Part shown: positions 6,426-15,255 of the stretch, in pieces
Position numbering within the stretch: the stretch's first letter is position 1
How the letters are laid out: each line of letters starts with the position of its first letter
IMG/VR virus record: IMGVR_UViG_3300045988_100976
Length of the DNA: 52,142 nucleotides
Direction: 5' to 3' (one strand)
Source: a virus
Program-made: the position numbers and the translations under genes
The notes under the pieces: generated by a model
Told to the model about the DNA's origin: nothing
Database searches by the model: none
Seen by the model: the letters and a program-made list of their open reading frames with translations, nothing else

Positions 6426-6647
6426 TTTGTCTGAATTATTAGCCATTTTTCGGACACCCCTAAGACCCACTAGCAGAAAGCTGATTAAAGAGCCGTCACA
6501 AGGCTTGGTGGGTATCGGCGGAAATGACGCGCCGCCGGACATTGGCAGTGAAAATCAACCCGTGATTCATAGCACGACAGTTAAAGGCTGCACTCCTTTC
6601 ATAATTGTTTGGTTTGTGGGCGGTTAGTGCTTATTCGCTCACAGCAT

Positions 6648-6719
6648 AGGGCTATCGCCAAGCGGTAAGGCACAGCACTTTGACTGCTGCATTCGTAGGT
6701 TCGATTCCTACTAGCCCCA
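6648..6719 (+). tRNA. tRNA-Gln (anticodon TTG)
   Basis: Folded by hand into a cloverleaf: anticodon arm CAGCA-CTTTGAC-TGCTG, T-arm GTAGG TTCGATT CCTAC, 5-nt variable loop. Position 1:72 is an A-C mismatch. Confidence 0.75.
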
Positions 6720-6782
6720 TTTCTGCACGGCAGACTATCGTGCGCCGGAAGTATATGAGTGATTTATAAAGAACAATTTATT

Positions 6783-6983
6783 TGATGCGTGGCGGAATAG
6801 GTAAACGCTAATCAATGGTTAAGAAAAAGGTATGCGACAAGAATTGCTAGAACAAGTCCGGTAAATAGCTGTAAGCAATTATACCTATAAATCTGTTAGA
6901 AAATATAAATCCATTTATCCTTAATTGTAAGTGCGGACTAACTAACAGAATTTCATGTGTGGTGCAAATCCACACCGCATCAA
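6783..6983 (+). ncRNA. Split tRNA-like scaffold with a ~145-nt structured insert where the anticodon and variable arms would be
   Basis: The acceptor TGATGCG (6783-6789) pairs with CGCATCA (6976-6982). U8, a GG-containing D-arm (6792-6808) and the T-arm GTGTGG TGCAAAT CCACAC (6957-6975) are present. Internal helices include AGGTAT/ATACCT, AATTGC/GCAATT and CTGTTAG/CTAACAG. Confidence 0.45.
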
Positions 6984-7131
6984 TCGGTCGGGTAGCTCCC
7001 GAATAAGCAGGCGTTGTGGTAGTCCCTGCTGAAAAATCAAAACGCTTGTGTGGCTGACTTTAACTCGAATATGAAAAGAGTTGGAGCTGGTCGCACAAGA
7101 AACCGCACAACGATTGCGAGGTGTTAGCTGT

Positions 7132-7413
7132 ATGGTACAAAATTGTATAAACTGTGGTGCACCGATAGATACAGCGCATACAAAATGTCCGTATTGCGGC
7201 ACGCCATACGAGTATGATGGATTTAATGCCAAGTTTGAAAATAAAAACGCTTATGGAACATTACGAGTGGCAGACAAAGAGTATCGGGTATACTTAGGTG
7301 ATGTTGAATTTAACGGAATACCTTCGATGAATGACATATATAGAGACGAGAACGGCATAATACATCGAAATTTGCTGACAACAAAACGAAAATTTATGTT
7401 GATTGAGGTGTGA
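7132..7413 (+). CDS. Zinc-ribbon protein (93 aa)
   Basis: ATG 7132 follows a GAGGTG SD. Motif is CINCGAP...CPYCGTP. Confidence 0.65.
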   Translation: MVQNCINCGAPIDTAHTKCPYCGTPYEYDGFNAKFENKNAYGTLRVADKEYRVYLGDVEFNGIPSMNDIYRDENGIIHRNLLTTKRKFMLIEV

Positions 7414-7414
7414 T

Positions 7415-7633
7415 ATGTGTAAATTTTGCGAAAATATAGGGATTGGATTACCAGATTGGAATTTCTTACCCGAAGATGATGCGGAAATAGTTCCGGATGG
7501 GATGAAAATAGAAATCAGAAAAGTTATTGATAAAACAGCACTTGTATTTACGAATAGCGCAGATGAATACGGAGCAGGAGCAATCAATATTAGGTTCTGC
7601 CCTATGTGTGGCAGAAAGTTGGTGGAAGAATGA
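7415..7633 (+). CDS. Cys-rich miniprotein (72 aa)
   Basis: GAGGTG SD. Has CKFC at the N-terminus and CPMCG at the C-terminus. Confidence 0.6.
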   Translation: MCKFCENIGIGLPDWNFLPEDDAEIVPDGMKIEIRKVIDKTALVFTNSADEYGAGAINIRFCPMCGRKLVEE

Positions 7634-7809
7634 AAATGTTTAAAGACTGTTCAATTTGCAAATATTGTGATGAAGATCTTATTTTTGATGAAGAAACAGG
7701 AGAAGAATATCCGTTTTATATTTGTCAAAAAGGAAACGATACATCACTTGACTATGAGTGCAAGGATTTTGAAAGGTTTACGAATAATGAGTATGACAGA
7801 CGTAATTGA
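7630..7809 (+). CDS. Cys-rich miniprotein (59 aa)
   Basis: GGTGGAAG SD, start overlaps the upstream stop, motif CSICKYC. Confidence 0.55.
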   Translation: MKMFKDCSICKYCDEDLIFDEETGEEYPFYICQKGNDTSLDYECKDFERFTNNEYDRRN

Positions 7810-7966
7810 ATCAATAGAGCGAGAAGCATTCAGAGAAGCACAAGCGCATGAAATCACAGGGAGAAATGGAGAACCTATAGATTGTTCCACTTTAGGAGAT
7901 AAACCTGTTATTGCGGCAGATAATGAAGAAGACAGGCAAGCGTTGAGAGATTGCTTTAAGAGGTAA
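7787..7966 (+). CDS. Hypothetical miniprotein (59 aa)
   Basis: ATG 7787 in the frame of track ORF 7667..7966. The SD is weak (GAAAGG). Confidence 0.45.
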   Translation: MSMTDVIESIEREAFREAQAHEITGRNGEPIDCSTLGDKPVIAADNEEDRQALRDCFKR

Positions 7967-7970
7967 AAAT

Positions 7971-8450
7971 ATGGAGTACCAAGACGCAATTAAGAAAATG
8001 GAAAAAGGAATAACAAAACTTCAAAAAAAATTAGACGAAGCCAAGTCAGGAATAAAAACATCACAGAATGAGTTTCTTGCTTGCGATGATACGATGAAAA
8101 TAGATATTCTTGGAACGGAATACAGGATTGAAACCCACAAAGTATCAGAGGACAGTTTCATGGAGAAAAAAGGTCTTGCAGGATATTGTGGAGAAGAAGA
8201 CAAGTTGATAGTAGTTGCCGATATGTCGGAAGAAAAATATTTTGTAGGCATGGACGAAAAAGCGCAGGAAACATATCGCAAAAAGACCTTAAGACATGAA
8301 ATTATACACGCTTTTCTGAATGAGAGCGGACTGTCTGATAGTTCAAACCGGTTTGATGGTGCATGGGCAAAGAACGAGGAAATGGTTGATTGGTTTTCAA
8401 TTCAAGCTCCGAAAATCTTTTCTGCGTTCAAGAAAATGAATATTTTGTAA
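7971..8450 (+). CDS. HExxH zinc-metallopeptidase-like protein (159 aa)
   Basis: Contains TLRHEIIHAFLNESG, a HExxH motif with a downstream E. Confidence 0.55.
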   Translation: MEYQDAIKKMEKGITKLQKKLDEAKSGIKTSQNEFLACDDTMKIDILGTEYRIETHKVSEDSFMEKKGLAGYCGEEDKLIVVADMSEEKYFVGMDEKAQETYRKKTLRHEIIHAFLNESGLSDSSNRFDGAWAKNEEMVDWFSIQAPKIFSAFKKMNIL

Positions 8451-8692
8451 ACATGTATTACCGGCTAACAAAACGGTTATCCAATATCTTAAAACAAGAC
8501 CAAGAAAATAGTCTTTAAATAATTTCCAAAACGCCAAGAGGTGCGTACAATATTGGTGTGCTAAGAATAGCTTTTACTACTGACTACGCATTTTACCGGC
8601 TACAGATTGATTGTAGCTGCTATCCTAGAAAAATTATAGGCAGAGATTTCTTTTCGGCATCTCTGCTTGAATGAGCGGAGGTACTTTTCTTT

Positions 8693-10450
8693 ATGGCATC
8701 TAAAGAACTAATCAACACAGTAAATCAATATGACAATTTTATAAAGACACATCTTGTCGATGAATCCGTAATATCTGCCTATGTAGAAGCCTGTAAGGTG
8801 GCTATAAATGGTGAAAAGGATATTGAGTATGGGTTACAACTTACAAAGCGTTCTAAGGGCATTATAGAGCAATTCTGCATGAAACAAACAGGCGGAACTA
8901 TATGGGATTTAGATTACTACCAATTCAAGCATGAAACAACGCCATATGATCTGTTAGACAAATATCTGAATATCTATAAACTGGAATCTCATTATAGGTT
9001 TGAAAGTTTTATGATCTTCATGGAAAAAAACAGGGCACCTTGGGAAAGGTTCTATTTGCCTAGACAAAATCCGTTGAAGCAAGTAGCAGATTTAATACAA
9101 GACTTATACGATGATAAACTTGACGAGGGCATGGTTTTTATGCCGGGTCGTGTGGGTAAAACTCAAATTGTAAAAATGGGTAATTTGTGGTTTGGTTCCA
9201 ACAGACCAGAAAGATCAGATTTGTATTCTGCATATTCGGATAAGATCACTGGCGGATTTTATGATGGAATATGTGAAATGATGACAGATCCAACATATAC
9301 CTATGCAGAGATTTACCCGGAAAATGTAGCAAAAAAAATTTACACAGATGGAAAAGATCTTACAATAGATCTTGTTCGCAAAAAGACATATCCAACATTT
9401 ACTTGCCGGTCAATATATGGAACGCTGAACGGAGCATGTGACTGTGATGGACTTGGAATTTATGACGATCTTTTTAGCGGTATTGATGAAGCACTAAGCG
9501 AAGATCGACAAAATACGGTATGGGGCAAATTTGACAACAACTATATGCCAAGAATGAAGCCGGGAAAAGCAAAACTTATTGGAATCGGCACAAGATGGGC
9601 GCCAAAAGACGTACAGGGCAGAAGATTAGAATTGCTGCAGAACGATCCAGAATATGCAGGAATAAGACACAGAGAGATAATTATTCCTGCACTTGATGAA
9701 AACGGAGAAAGCAATTTTGATTACCCGTACAAACTCGGCTACTCAACGCAAGACTACAAAAGACGTATGGCTTCGTTCGAGAATAACGATGATATGGCTT
9801 CATGGCTTGCACAGTATCAGCAGGAACCTATTGAACGTAAAGGGCAGATGTTTAACGTTGATACTATGAATTTCTTCAATCCGGCAGAAATCGAAGAAGT
9901 ACGACCAGATAGAATATTTGCGGCAAACGACCCAGCATATGGCGGCGGTGACTTTGTATCCATGCCTATCTGCTACGAAATTGACGGAGAATATTATGTA
10001 CTTGATGCTGTTTACAACGACGGAGATAAGGAAATAACAATACCAGAAGTAACAAGCAGAATAGAATCACATTTAGATAAATTCCCAAACAAAACTGCAG
10101 AGGTGCATTTTGAGGAAACGAAATCTACATCCAGCTACAGAACCGCTTGCGAAAAAATATGGGAAGAGGACGGATACCCAGTCAATGCAACACATGATCC
10201 GGCGGACAACAAAACTGCAAAAATGGATAGAATCAAGAATCATGCGCCGGACATACGGAAGCTGCATTTTGTAGATATGAAGCATCAAACAAAAGAGTAC
10301 AGAAAATATTTTCAAAATATCTTGTCTTGCACATATGAAGGAAAAATGAAGCATGATGATGGAGTAGATTCAACAGCGCAGCTTTGTGACATGATTTATA
10401 GCCCTAAAAGAAGAAAAAGAAAAGCTGTTATTATACAAAGCCCTATTTGA
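8693..10450 (+). CDS. terL: Terminase large subunit
   Basis: 585 aa with a Walker A-like MPGRVGKTQ and a Walker B-like GLGIYDDL, plus an acidic C-terminal nuclease-type half. It sits immediately upstream of the portal region. Confidence 0.85.
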   Translation: MASKELINTVNQYDNFIKTHLVDESVISAYVEACKVAINGEKDIEYGLQLTKRSKGIIEQFCMKQTGGTIWDLDYYQFKHETTPYDLLDKYLNIYKLESHYRFESFMIFMEKNRAPWERFYLPRQNPLKQVADLIQDLYDDKLDEGMVFMPGRVGKTQIVKMGNLWFGSNRPERSDLYSAYSDKITGGFYDGICEMMTDPTYTYAEIYPENVAKKIYTDGKDLTIDLVRKKTYPTFTCRSIYGTLNGACDCDGLGIYDDLFSGIDEALSEDRQNTVWGKFDNNYMPRMKPGKAKLIGIGTRWAPKDVQGRRLELLQNDPEYAGIRHREIIIPALDENGESNFDYPYKLGYSTQDYKRRMASFENNDDMASWLAQYQQEPIERKGQMFNVDTMNFFNPAEIEEVRPDRIFAANDPAYGGGDFVSMPICYEIDGEYYVLDAVYNDGDKEITIPEVTSRIESHLDKFPNKTAEVHFEETKSTSSYRTACEKIWEEDGYPVNATHDPADNKTAKMDRIKNHAPDIRKLHFVDMKHQTKEYRKYFQNILSCTYEGKMKHDDGVDSTAQLCDMIYSPKRRKRKAVIIQSPI

Positions 10451-10465
10451 GAAAGGAAAATAAAA

Positions 10466-10891
10466 ATGACAACGAAAGAATATTTAAACCAAATAAGCCG
10501 GCTAAATCGAATGATAAATAACAAACTTTCAGAGCTTGCAGAATTAAAAGAATTGTCAAAGAGCATATCTGCTGTATCAAACAAAGAACGTGTTCAGACT
10601 TCTATGGAGCGAGACAAAATTGGAAATACGCTTTCTAAAATTGACGAAATGGAAAGAGAAATAGATAAAATGATAGATTCTTATTCTGACAAGAGGACGC
10701 ATATTATCGGTCAGATAGATTCGATGGAAGATGAAAACAGCTATGACATTCTTTTTTCGAGATACATTGAGAAAAAGACGTTTGAAAAAATAGCTGATAC
10801 AAAAAATTACTCTTTCAGGCAAATAATCAGGCTACACGGAATTGCATTAAAGCAATTCGAGGAAAAATACGGTAGCGAATATATGTCATAG
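10466..10891 (+). CDS. Sigma-70 region-4-like / ArpU-type putative transcriptional regulator (141 aa)
   Basis: N-terminal coiled coil. The C-terminal segment YDILFSRYIEKKTFEKIADTKNYSFRQIIRLHGIALKQF resembles a sigma r4 HTH. Confidence 0.5.
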   Translation: MTTKEYLNQISRLNRMINNKLSELAELKELSKSISAVSNKERVQTSMERDKIGNTLSKIDEMEREIDKMIDSYSDKRTHIIGQIDSMEDENSYDILFSRYIEKKTFEKIADTKNYSFRQIIRLHGIALKQFEEKYGSEYMS

Positions 10892-11045
10892 AATGTCACA
10901 TTGAAAAAATTGTATAATTACAATGGGCAAAGCCCATAAGAGAAATACGAACAAAATAGCAGAAACTATAAAGCTAATGTATAAAGAAAATAAGAATCTT
11001 GAAAGGGCATCGCAGTAATGTGGTGCTTTTTTCGTGGAGAAATTT

Positions 11046-11237
11046 ATGAAAGAAAAGAAAATATATTGTCCTAGATGCGGTCGCAAGGTGGCTACATACG
11101 ATGGACGGTCACAAATAGATATAGTTGTAAAATGCAGAAAATGCAACAAAAAAATCGTGTACAGGGTCGCGACAGGAGATATTGAAGTAAAGCCGTTACC
11201 AGTAAGGCAGACAGCAAGCGGAATGACGTTTATTTAG
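11046..11237 (+). CDS. Mu Com-like zinc-finger protein (63 aa)
   Basis: CPRCGRK...CRKCNKK spacing and overall size resemble Com-type zinc fingers. GGAG SD. Confidence 0.45.
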   Translation: MKEKKIYCPRCGRKVATYDGRSQIDIVVKCRKCNKKIVYRVATGDIEVKPLPVRQTASGMTFI

Positions 11238-11252
11238 TGTAGAGGTAAGTCA

Positions 11253-12833
11253 ATGCAAACAGGAAGAATTGTAATTTATACAGGCGTAAAAGAAATAACA
11301 TCTGAAAACGTAATATCTGTTTTGCGTGATGCAATTTTAGAACACGATCAAAATTCTGCGAGAATACAATTTTTACTTGATTATGATGCCGGCATACAGC
11401 CAATAGTAAGAAAAAACCCTAAAAGCTATAGACCTGATATTGATTGCTCGTGCTGTGATAATGTGGCAAATGAAGTTACTGAATTCGCCCTCGGATTCAA
11501 GTGGGGGAACCCTATAACACTTGTGCAAAATGGGGATAACGAAGACCCTAACCTCACAGAAGCTATAGCGGAATTAAACAGCTGCTATGAATCACAGAAC
11601 GCAAGACAAAAGCAACAGGAACTTGCTAGATATGTTGAAATCGGCGGAATCGGATATGTTTATATTGATATAAATACAGAATACGAGGATGGAGAAAGCT
11701 ATTTCACATACGATGTTTTGGATCCAAGAACGACTTTTGTAGTAAGGTCAACAGCTTACAGCGACAAGAGAGTTATTCTTGCTGGGACATATATAAAAGA
11801 TAGGCACAGCGGTACAAGATACTACACTTGTTTTACCAAAGATACGCGATATGAAATTACTGACGGAATAAAAATCACTAACGGAAAAAGCAAAGAGAAA
11901 ACAAAATGGGGGTTTTTGAAGAGAAGCGGAGAAGAAAATCCGCTTGGCAAAATTCCCATTATTGAATACGTGAGATCGTATGACCGCATGGGATGTTTTG
12001 AGCGGCAAATATCAGAAATGGATAATTTGAATCTGCTCATTTCAGATTTTACCAATGATGTTGAACAGAACACACAGGCTGTATGGCATACGAATGATGT
12101 TGATTTCCCGTCTGTAGAGCAAAAAAATGAAGATGGAACCACAACAGAAATTCCTATAAAACCAAAATCCGGAGAATGGATGCAGACATATACTGCACCG
12201 GATGGAAAAACGCCAATCGTTGAACCACTTACGATCAATTATGATTATACGGGTATGTTGAACAACATCCAATCGAGAAGACAGATTATATTGCAGAAGT
12301 GCAATGTTCCCCAAAGAAATGACAACAGCGGCGGCAGTACAGGCGTTGCAATGTCGGATGCCACAGGTTGGTCGCAAGCTGAAACAGCGGCTGCAAAGCA
12401 GCAGTTGATTACTGACGGATGCAAAATGGAAGAGATAAAAGTCGTTTTGGCGGCAATCAAACTGTCAAAAGACGTTATACCCGAAAATCCGTTGATGAAT
12501 CTAAAAGCAAGAGACATAAAGCCAAATATCAAAAGGCAAAAAACTTATGAAATGTCAACTAAGGTTAATGCAATGGCAACATTACTCAGCCACGGATTTA
12601 GCCTTAAAGATACAGTAGAAGCAATCCCGTTTTTTGATGATCCTAACGATGTGGTAGCACGTAGCGGAAAGATGGTTAAAGCCTATCAAGACAGCATAAT
12701 CAAAAAGGATGCAGATAATAAGGGAGAAGGCGGAGAGGGAGAAAAAACTCCTAATAACGACCGAATCATGCAAGATTTATCAGATCAGACTGGTAATAGC
12801 CCTGTGATTGATAAAAGCAGAACAGATAAATAA
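11253..12833 (+). CDS. Portal protein (SPP1 gp6-like)
   Basis: 526 aa. The size and its position after terL and before the scaffold and capsid genes support the call, and the N-terminal region is typical of this family. Confidence 0.8.
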   Translation: MQTGRIVIYTGVKEITSENVISVLRDAILEHDQNSARIQFLLDYDAGIQPIVRKNPKSYRPDIDCSCCDNVANEVTEFALGFKWGNPITLVQNGDNEDPNLTEAIAELNSCYESQNARQKQQELARYVEIGGIGYVYIDINTEYEDGESYFTYDVLDPRTTFVVRSTAYSDKRVILAGTYIKDRHSGTRYYTCFTKDTRYEITDGIKITNGKSKEKTKWGFLKRSGEENPLGKIPIIEYVRSYDRMGCFERQISEMDNLNLLISDFTNDVEQNTQAVWHTNDVDFPSVEQKNEDGTTTEIPIKPKSGEWMQTYTAPDGKTPIVEPLTINYDYTGMLNNIQSRRQIILQKCNVPQRNDNSGGSTGVAMSDATGWSQAETAAAKQQLITDGCKMEEIKVVLAAIKLSKDVIPENPLMNLKARDIKPNIKRQKTYEMSTKVNAMATLLSHGFSLKDTVEAIPFFDDPNDVVARSGKMVKAYQDSIIKKDADNKGEGGEGEKTPNNDRIMQDLSDQTGNSPVIDKSRTDK

Positions 12834-12842
12834 CTGATACAT

Positions 12843-12872
12843 AGCCACTAGGAAATACCTAGTGGCTTTTTA
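12843..12872 (+). terminator. Intrinsic terminator after the portal gene
   Basis: 10-bp stem AGCCACTAGG/CCTAGTGGCT followed by TTTT. Confidence 0.7.
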
Positions 12873-12951
12873 TATGCCCTAGAGAAAGGGCAATACAAAT
12901 TTCGCAGAAAGTTAGAGAAAACTTAAATCGCAGAAAGAAGAGGTAGTAATT

Positions 12952-13542
12952 ATGGCAGAAGTAACCACAACAGAAACTGAATCAACAAAAAATACTGAAC
13001 AGGCAACAGAAGCGAACGCTTCTGAAAAAACGCCGACGGTAGAAGAACTCATGACACAGCTTGCTAATGAAAGAGCAGAAAAAGAAAGATACAAGAATGC
13101 ATCTGACAAGGCAAGTTCGGAAGCCGCAGCCTATAAAAAGCAGCTTAGGTCAAAGCAGACGGCAGAAGAGCAGGAAGCAGAAGCAAAAGCAGAAGCGGAA
13201 AAACTTCAAACAGAAAAGTTTGAAAGCATGAGCAAAGAGCTGAATCACATTAAAGCAGTCAATGCTTATCAAAAAACTATCAGTGATGATAAATCCATTG
13301 AAGCGTTGATTGATGCGGTTGCTGATGCAGACCATAGCATGATTGCAAGCGTGATTGAGAACGAGGTTCAAAGACGCGTGAAATCAGAAAAAGCGGAATG
13401 GCTGAAATCAAGACCGCCTGTAAATGCAGGCTCCGGGGAAGACAGCGCAATTACGCAAGAACAGTTTAACAAGATGAACTACCACGAAAGAGTGGAGTTC
13501 AAGAATAAAAATCCTGAGCTTTACAAGAAGTTCACAGAATAA
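12952..13542 (+). CDS. Scaffolding protein
   Basis: 196 aa, rich in E, K and A with coiled-coil character, lying between the portal and major capsid genes. Confidence 0.7.
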   Translation: MAEVTTTETESTKNTEQATEANASEKTPTVEELMTQLANERAEKERYKNASDKASSEAAAYKKQLRSKQTAEEQEAEAKAEAEKLQTEKFESMSKELNHIKAVNAYQKTISDDKSIEALIDAVADADHSMIASVIENEVQRRVKSEKAEWLKSRPPVNAGSGEDSAITQEQFNKMNYHERVEFKNKNPELYKKFTE

Positions 13543-13557
13543 AACGGAGGTAATAAT

Positions 13558-14586
13558 ATGCCACAAACAAAGTTAGCAAACTTAGTAGATCCACAGGTAA
13601 TGGCTGATATGGTATCAGCTAAGCTCCCAAAGAAAATCAAATTTTCTCCTATTGCAAGAATTGACACAACGCTGGTAGGCAGACCGGGAAGCACAATCGT
13701 TGTACCGAAATATGCGTATATCGGCGATGCAGAGGATGTTGCAGAAGGCGTTGCAATGGGCACGACTGTACTTACTGCATCCACAACAGAAGCAAAGGTA
13801 AAGAAAGCTGGAAAAGCTGTAGAGTTAACAGATGAATCCGTCCTCTCTGGTTACGGAGATCCTATGGGAACAACGGTAAATCAGATAGCAATGTCAATCG
13901 CTGCAAAAGTAGATAATGATTGTTACGACGCCCTTTGTGACGCGCCAATCCAGTACGATGGAGCAGCCGCAGATATCAGCTATTCTGCAGTTGTAGCGGC
14001 TAACAGCAAGTTTGATGATGAATCAGATGGAGCGCTCACAAAAATCCTGTTTATCAATCCGGCACAGGAAGCTACATTGCTGAATGACGCGGATTTCAAG
14101 TCAAATGACAAATATCCACTTAACGTGATTATGAACGGTACAATCGGATCTATCGCGGGAGCACAAGTTGTTAAATCCAAGAAGGTAAAACTTGTTAAGT
14201 ACGAGAAAGACAACGAAGCCGGCACCATTACAATCGTAGCAGATACAGTAACAGAAGATGCGACAAAGAAGCATCTGTCAACAATTCTTCCGAACTATGC
14301 TGGAAAACTTGCTGTGGGAGACAAGGTTAAGAGCGCAACAACGCCTTATTATGCTTGCCCTATCGTGATTGTTTCCACAGAAGACCCTAACGAGGATTCA
14401 GGCGCAGATGGTGCTTCCGAAGAAGAAAGCGCACTTACAATCTACATGAAGAGAAGCGTTGAGATTGAATCAGACAGAGATATCCTTGCAAAAACAACGG
14501 TTATCTCCGGTGACGAGCATTACACGGCAGTATTAAGCAATGATTCCAAGGTTGTTGTTGCACATTTTAAAGCTGCTACAGAGTAA
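13558..14586 (+). CDS. Major capsid protein
   Basis: 342 aa. Position, strong SD and an N-terminus (...LVDPQVMADMV...) typical of Firmicutes-phage major capsid proteins. Confidence 0.8.
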   Translation: MPQTKLANLVDPQVMADMVSAKLPKKIKFSPIARIDTTLVGRPGSTIVVPKYAYIGDAEDVAEGVAMGTTVLTASTTEAKVKKAGKAVELTDESVLSGYGDPMGTTVNQIAMSIAAKVDNDCYDALCDAPIQYDGAAADISYSAVVAANSKFDDESDGALTKILFINPAQEATLLNDADFKSNDKYPLNVIMNGTIGSIAGAQVVKSKKVKLVKYEKDNEAGTITIVADTVTEDATKKHLSTILPNYAGKLAVGDKVKSATTPYYACPIVIVSTEDPNEDSGADGASEEESALTIYMKRSVEIESDRDILAKTTVISGDEHYTAVLSNDSKVVVAHFKAATE

Positions 14587-14598
14587 GGCGGTGATCGT

Positions 14599-14865
14599 AT
14601 GCTGTTAAGAAGACATAAAATCAATGCTGCTACGCTATGCGAAGTAGAAGCAGAAAAAGAGATCCAAAAGGAGACATACGGGAAAGAACTTAATTATGAA
14701 GAAGAGCCGGACAAATTTCCGTGCTCTTCTTTTACTAAGACAAGTATCAACCGTATGTCTACCGCAGAATTACAAGAGCTTGCAGAAGAACAGGGAATTG
14801 AAGATGCAAGAGAAATCAACGGTTCAGAGTTAAAAAAAATTCTGATTGAAAAATTCAGACTGTAG
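14599..14865 (+). CDS. Rho-N/SAP-like domain protein (88 aa)
   Basis: The C-terminal MSTAELQELAEEQGIEDAREINGSELKKILIEKF fits the helix-extended-helix motif of Rho N-terminal-like domains. Confidence 0.55.
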   Translation: MLLRRHKINAATLCEVEAEKEIQKETYGKELNYEEEPDKFPCSSFTKTSINRMSTAELQELAEEQGIEDAREINGSELKKILIEKFRL

Positions 14866-14874
14866 GTGGTAATT

Positions 14875-15255
14875 ATGGCAGAGTACAGCATCGTGGAGCA
14901 GGTTAAAATCCGGCTGAAACAATTTCATATTGAGACGGTTGCGAATGAGGACAAAACTACTTCCGACGTTGTTGTATTCGATAAGCCGCAGGATAACCCA
15001 CTGATCGAGCAGTTAATCAAGCAGGCAAAGCAGGATATTGTGGCTATGCGGAATTATCCAAGCACATATACGTCAGAGAGAATCGAAGCTGACCTTAAAA
15101 ACTATGAAGCGGTTATCGTGAATTTGGTTGTGTATGATATGTCGCAAGCTGGCGAGGAATTTATGTCAAGTTTCTCTGAAAATGGCGTAAGCCGTAATTG
15201 GAGAAAACGAAGCGAATTATTCGTTGGTGTATATCCGTTTGCCAAGGTCTTATAG
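14875..15255 (+). CDS. Head-tail connector (gp6-like) protein
   Basis: Called from its position and the N-terminal VEQVKIRLK...LIEQLIKQAKQDI pattern. Confidence 0.55.
   Translation: MAEYSIVEQVKIRLKQFHIETVANEDKTTSDVVVFDKPQDNPLIEQLIKQAKQDIVAMRNYPSTYTSERIEADLKNYEAVIVNLVVYDMSQAGEEFMSSFSENGVSRNWRKRSELFVGVYPFAKVL

Noticed and set aside
6264-7232. Track ORFs 6264..6542 (minus), 6427..6627 (plus) and 6942..7232 (minus)
   Set aside because: They lie in the tRNA / structured-RNA island and overlap tRNA-like helices. They have no SD and atypical composition.
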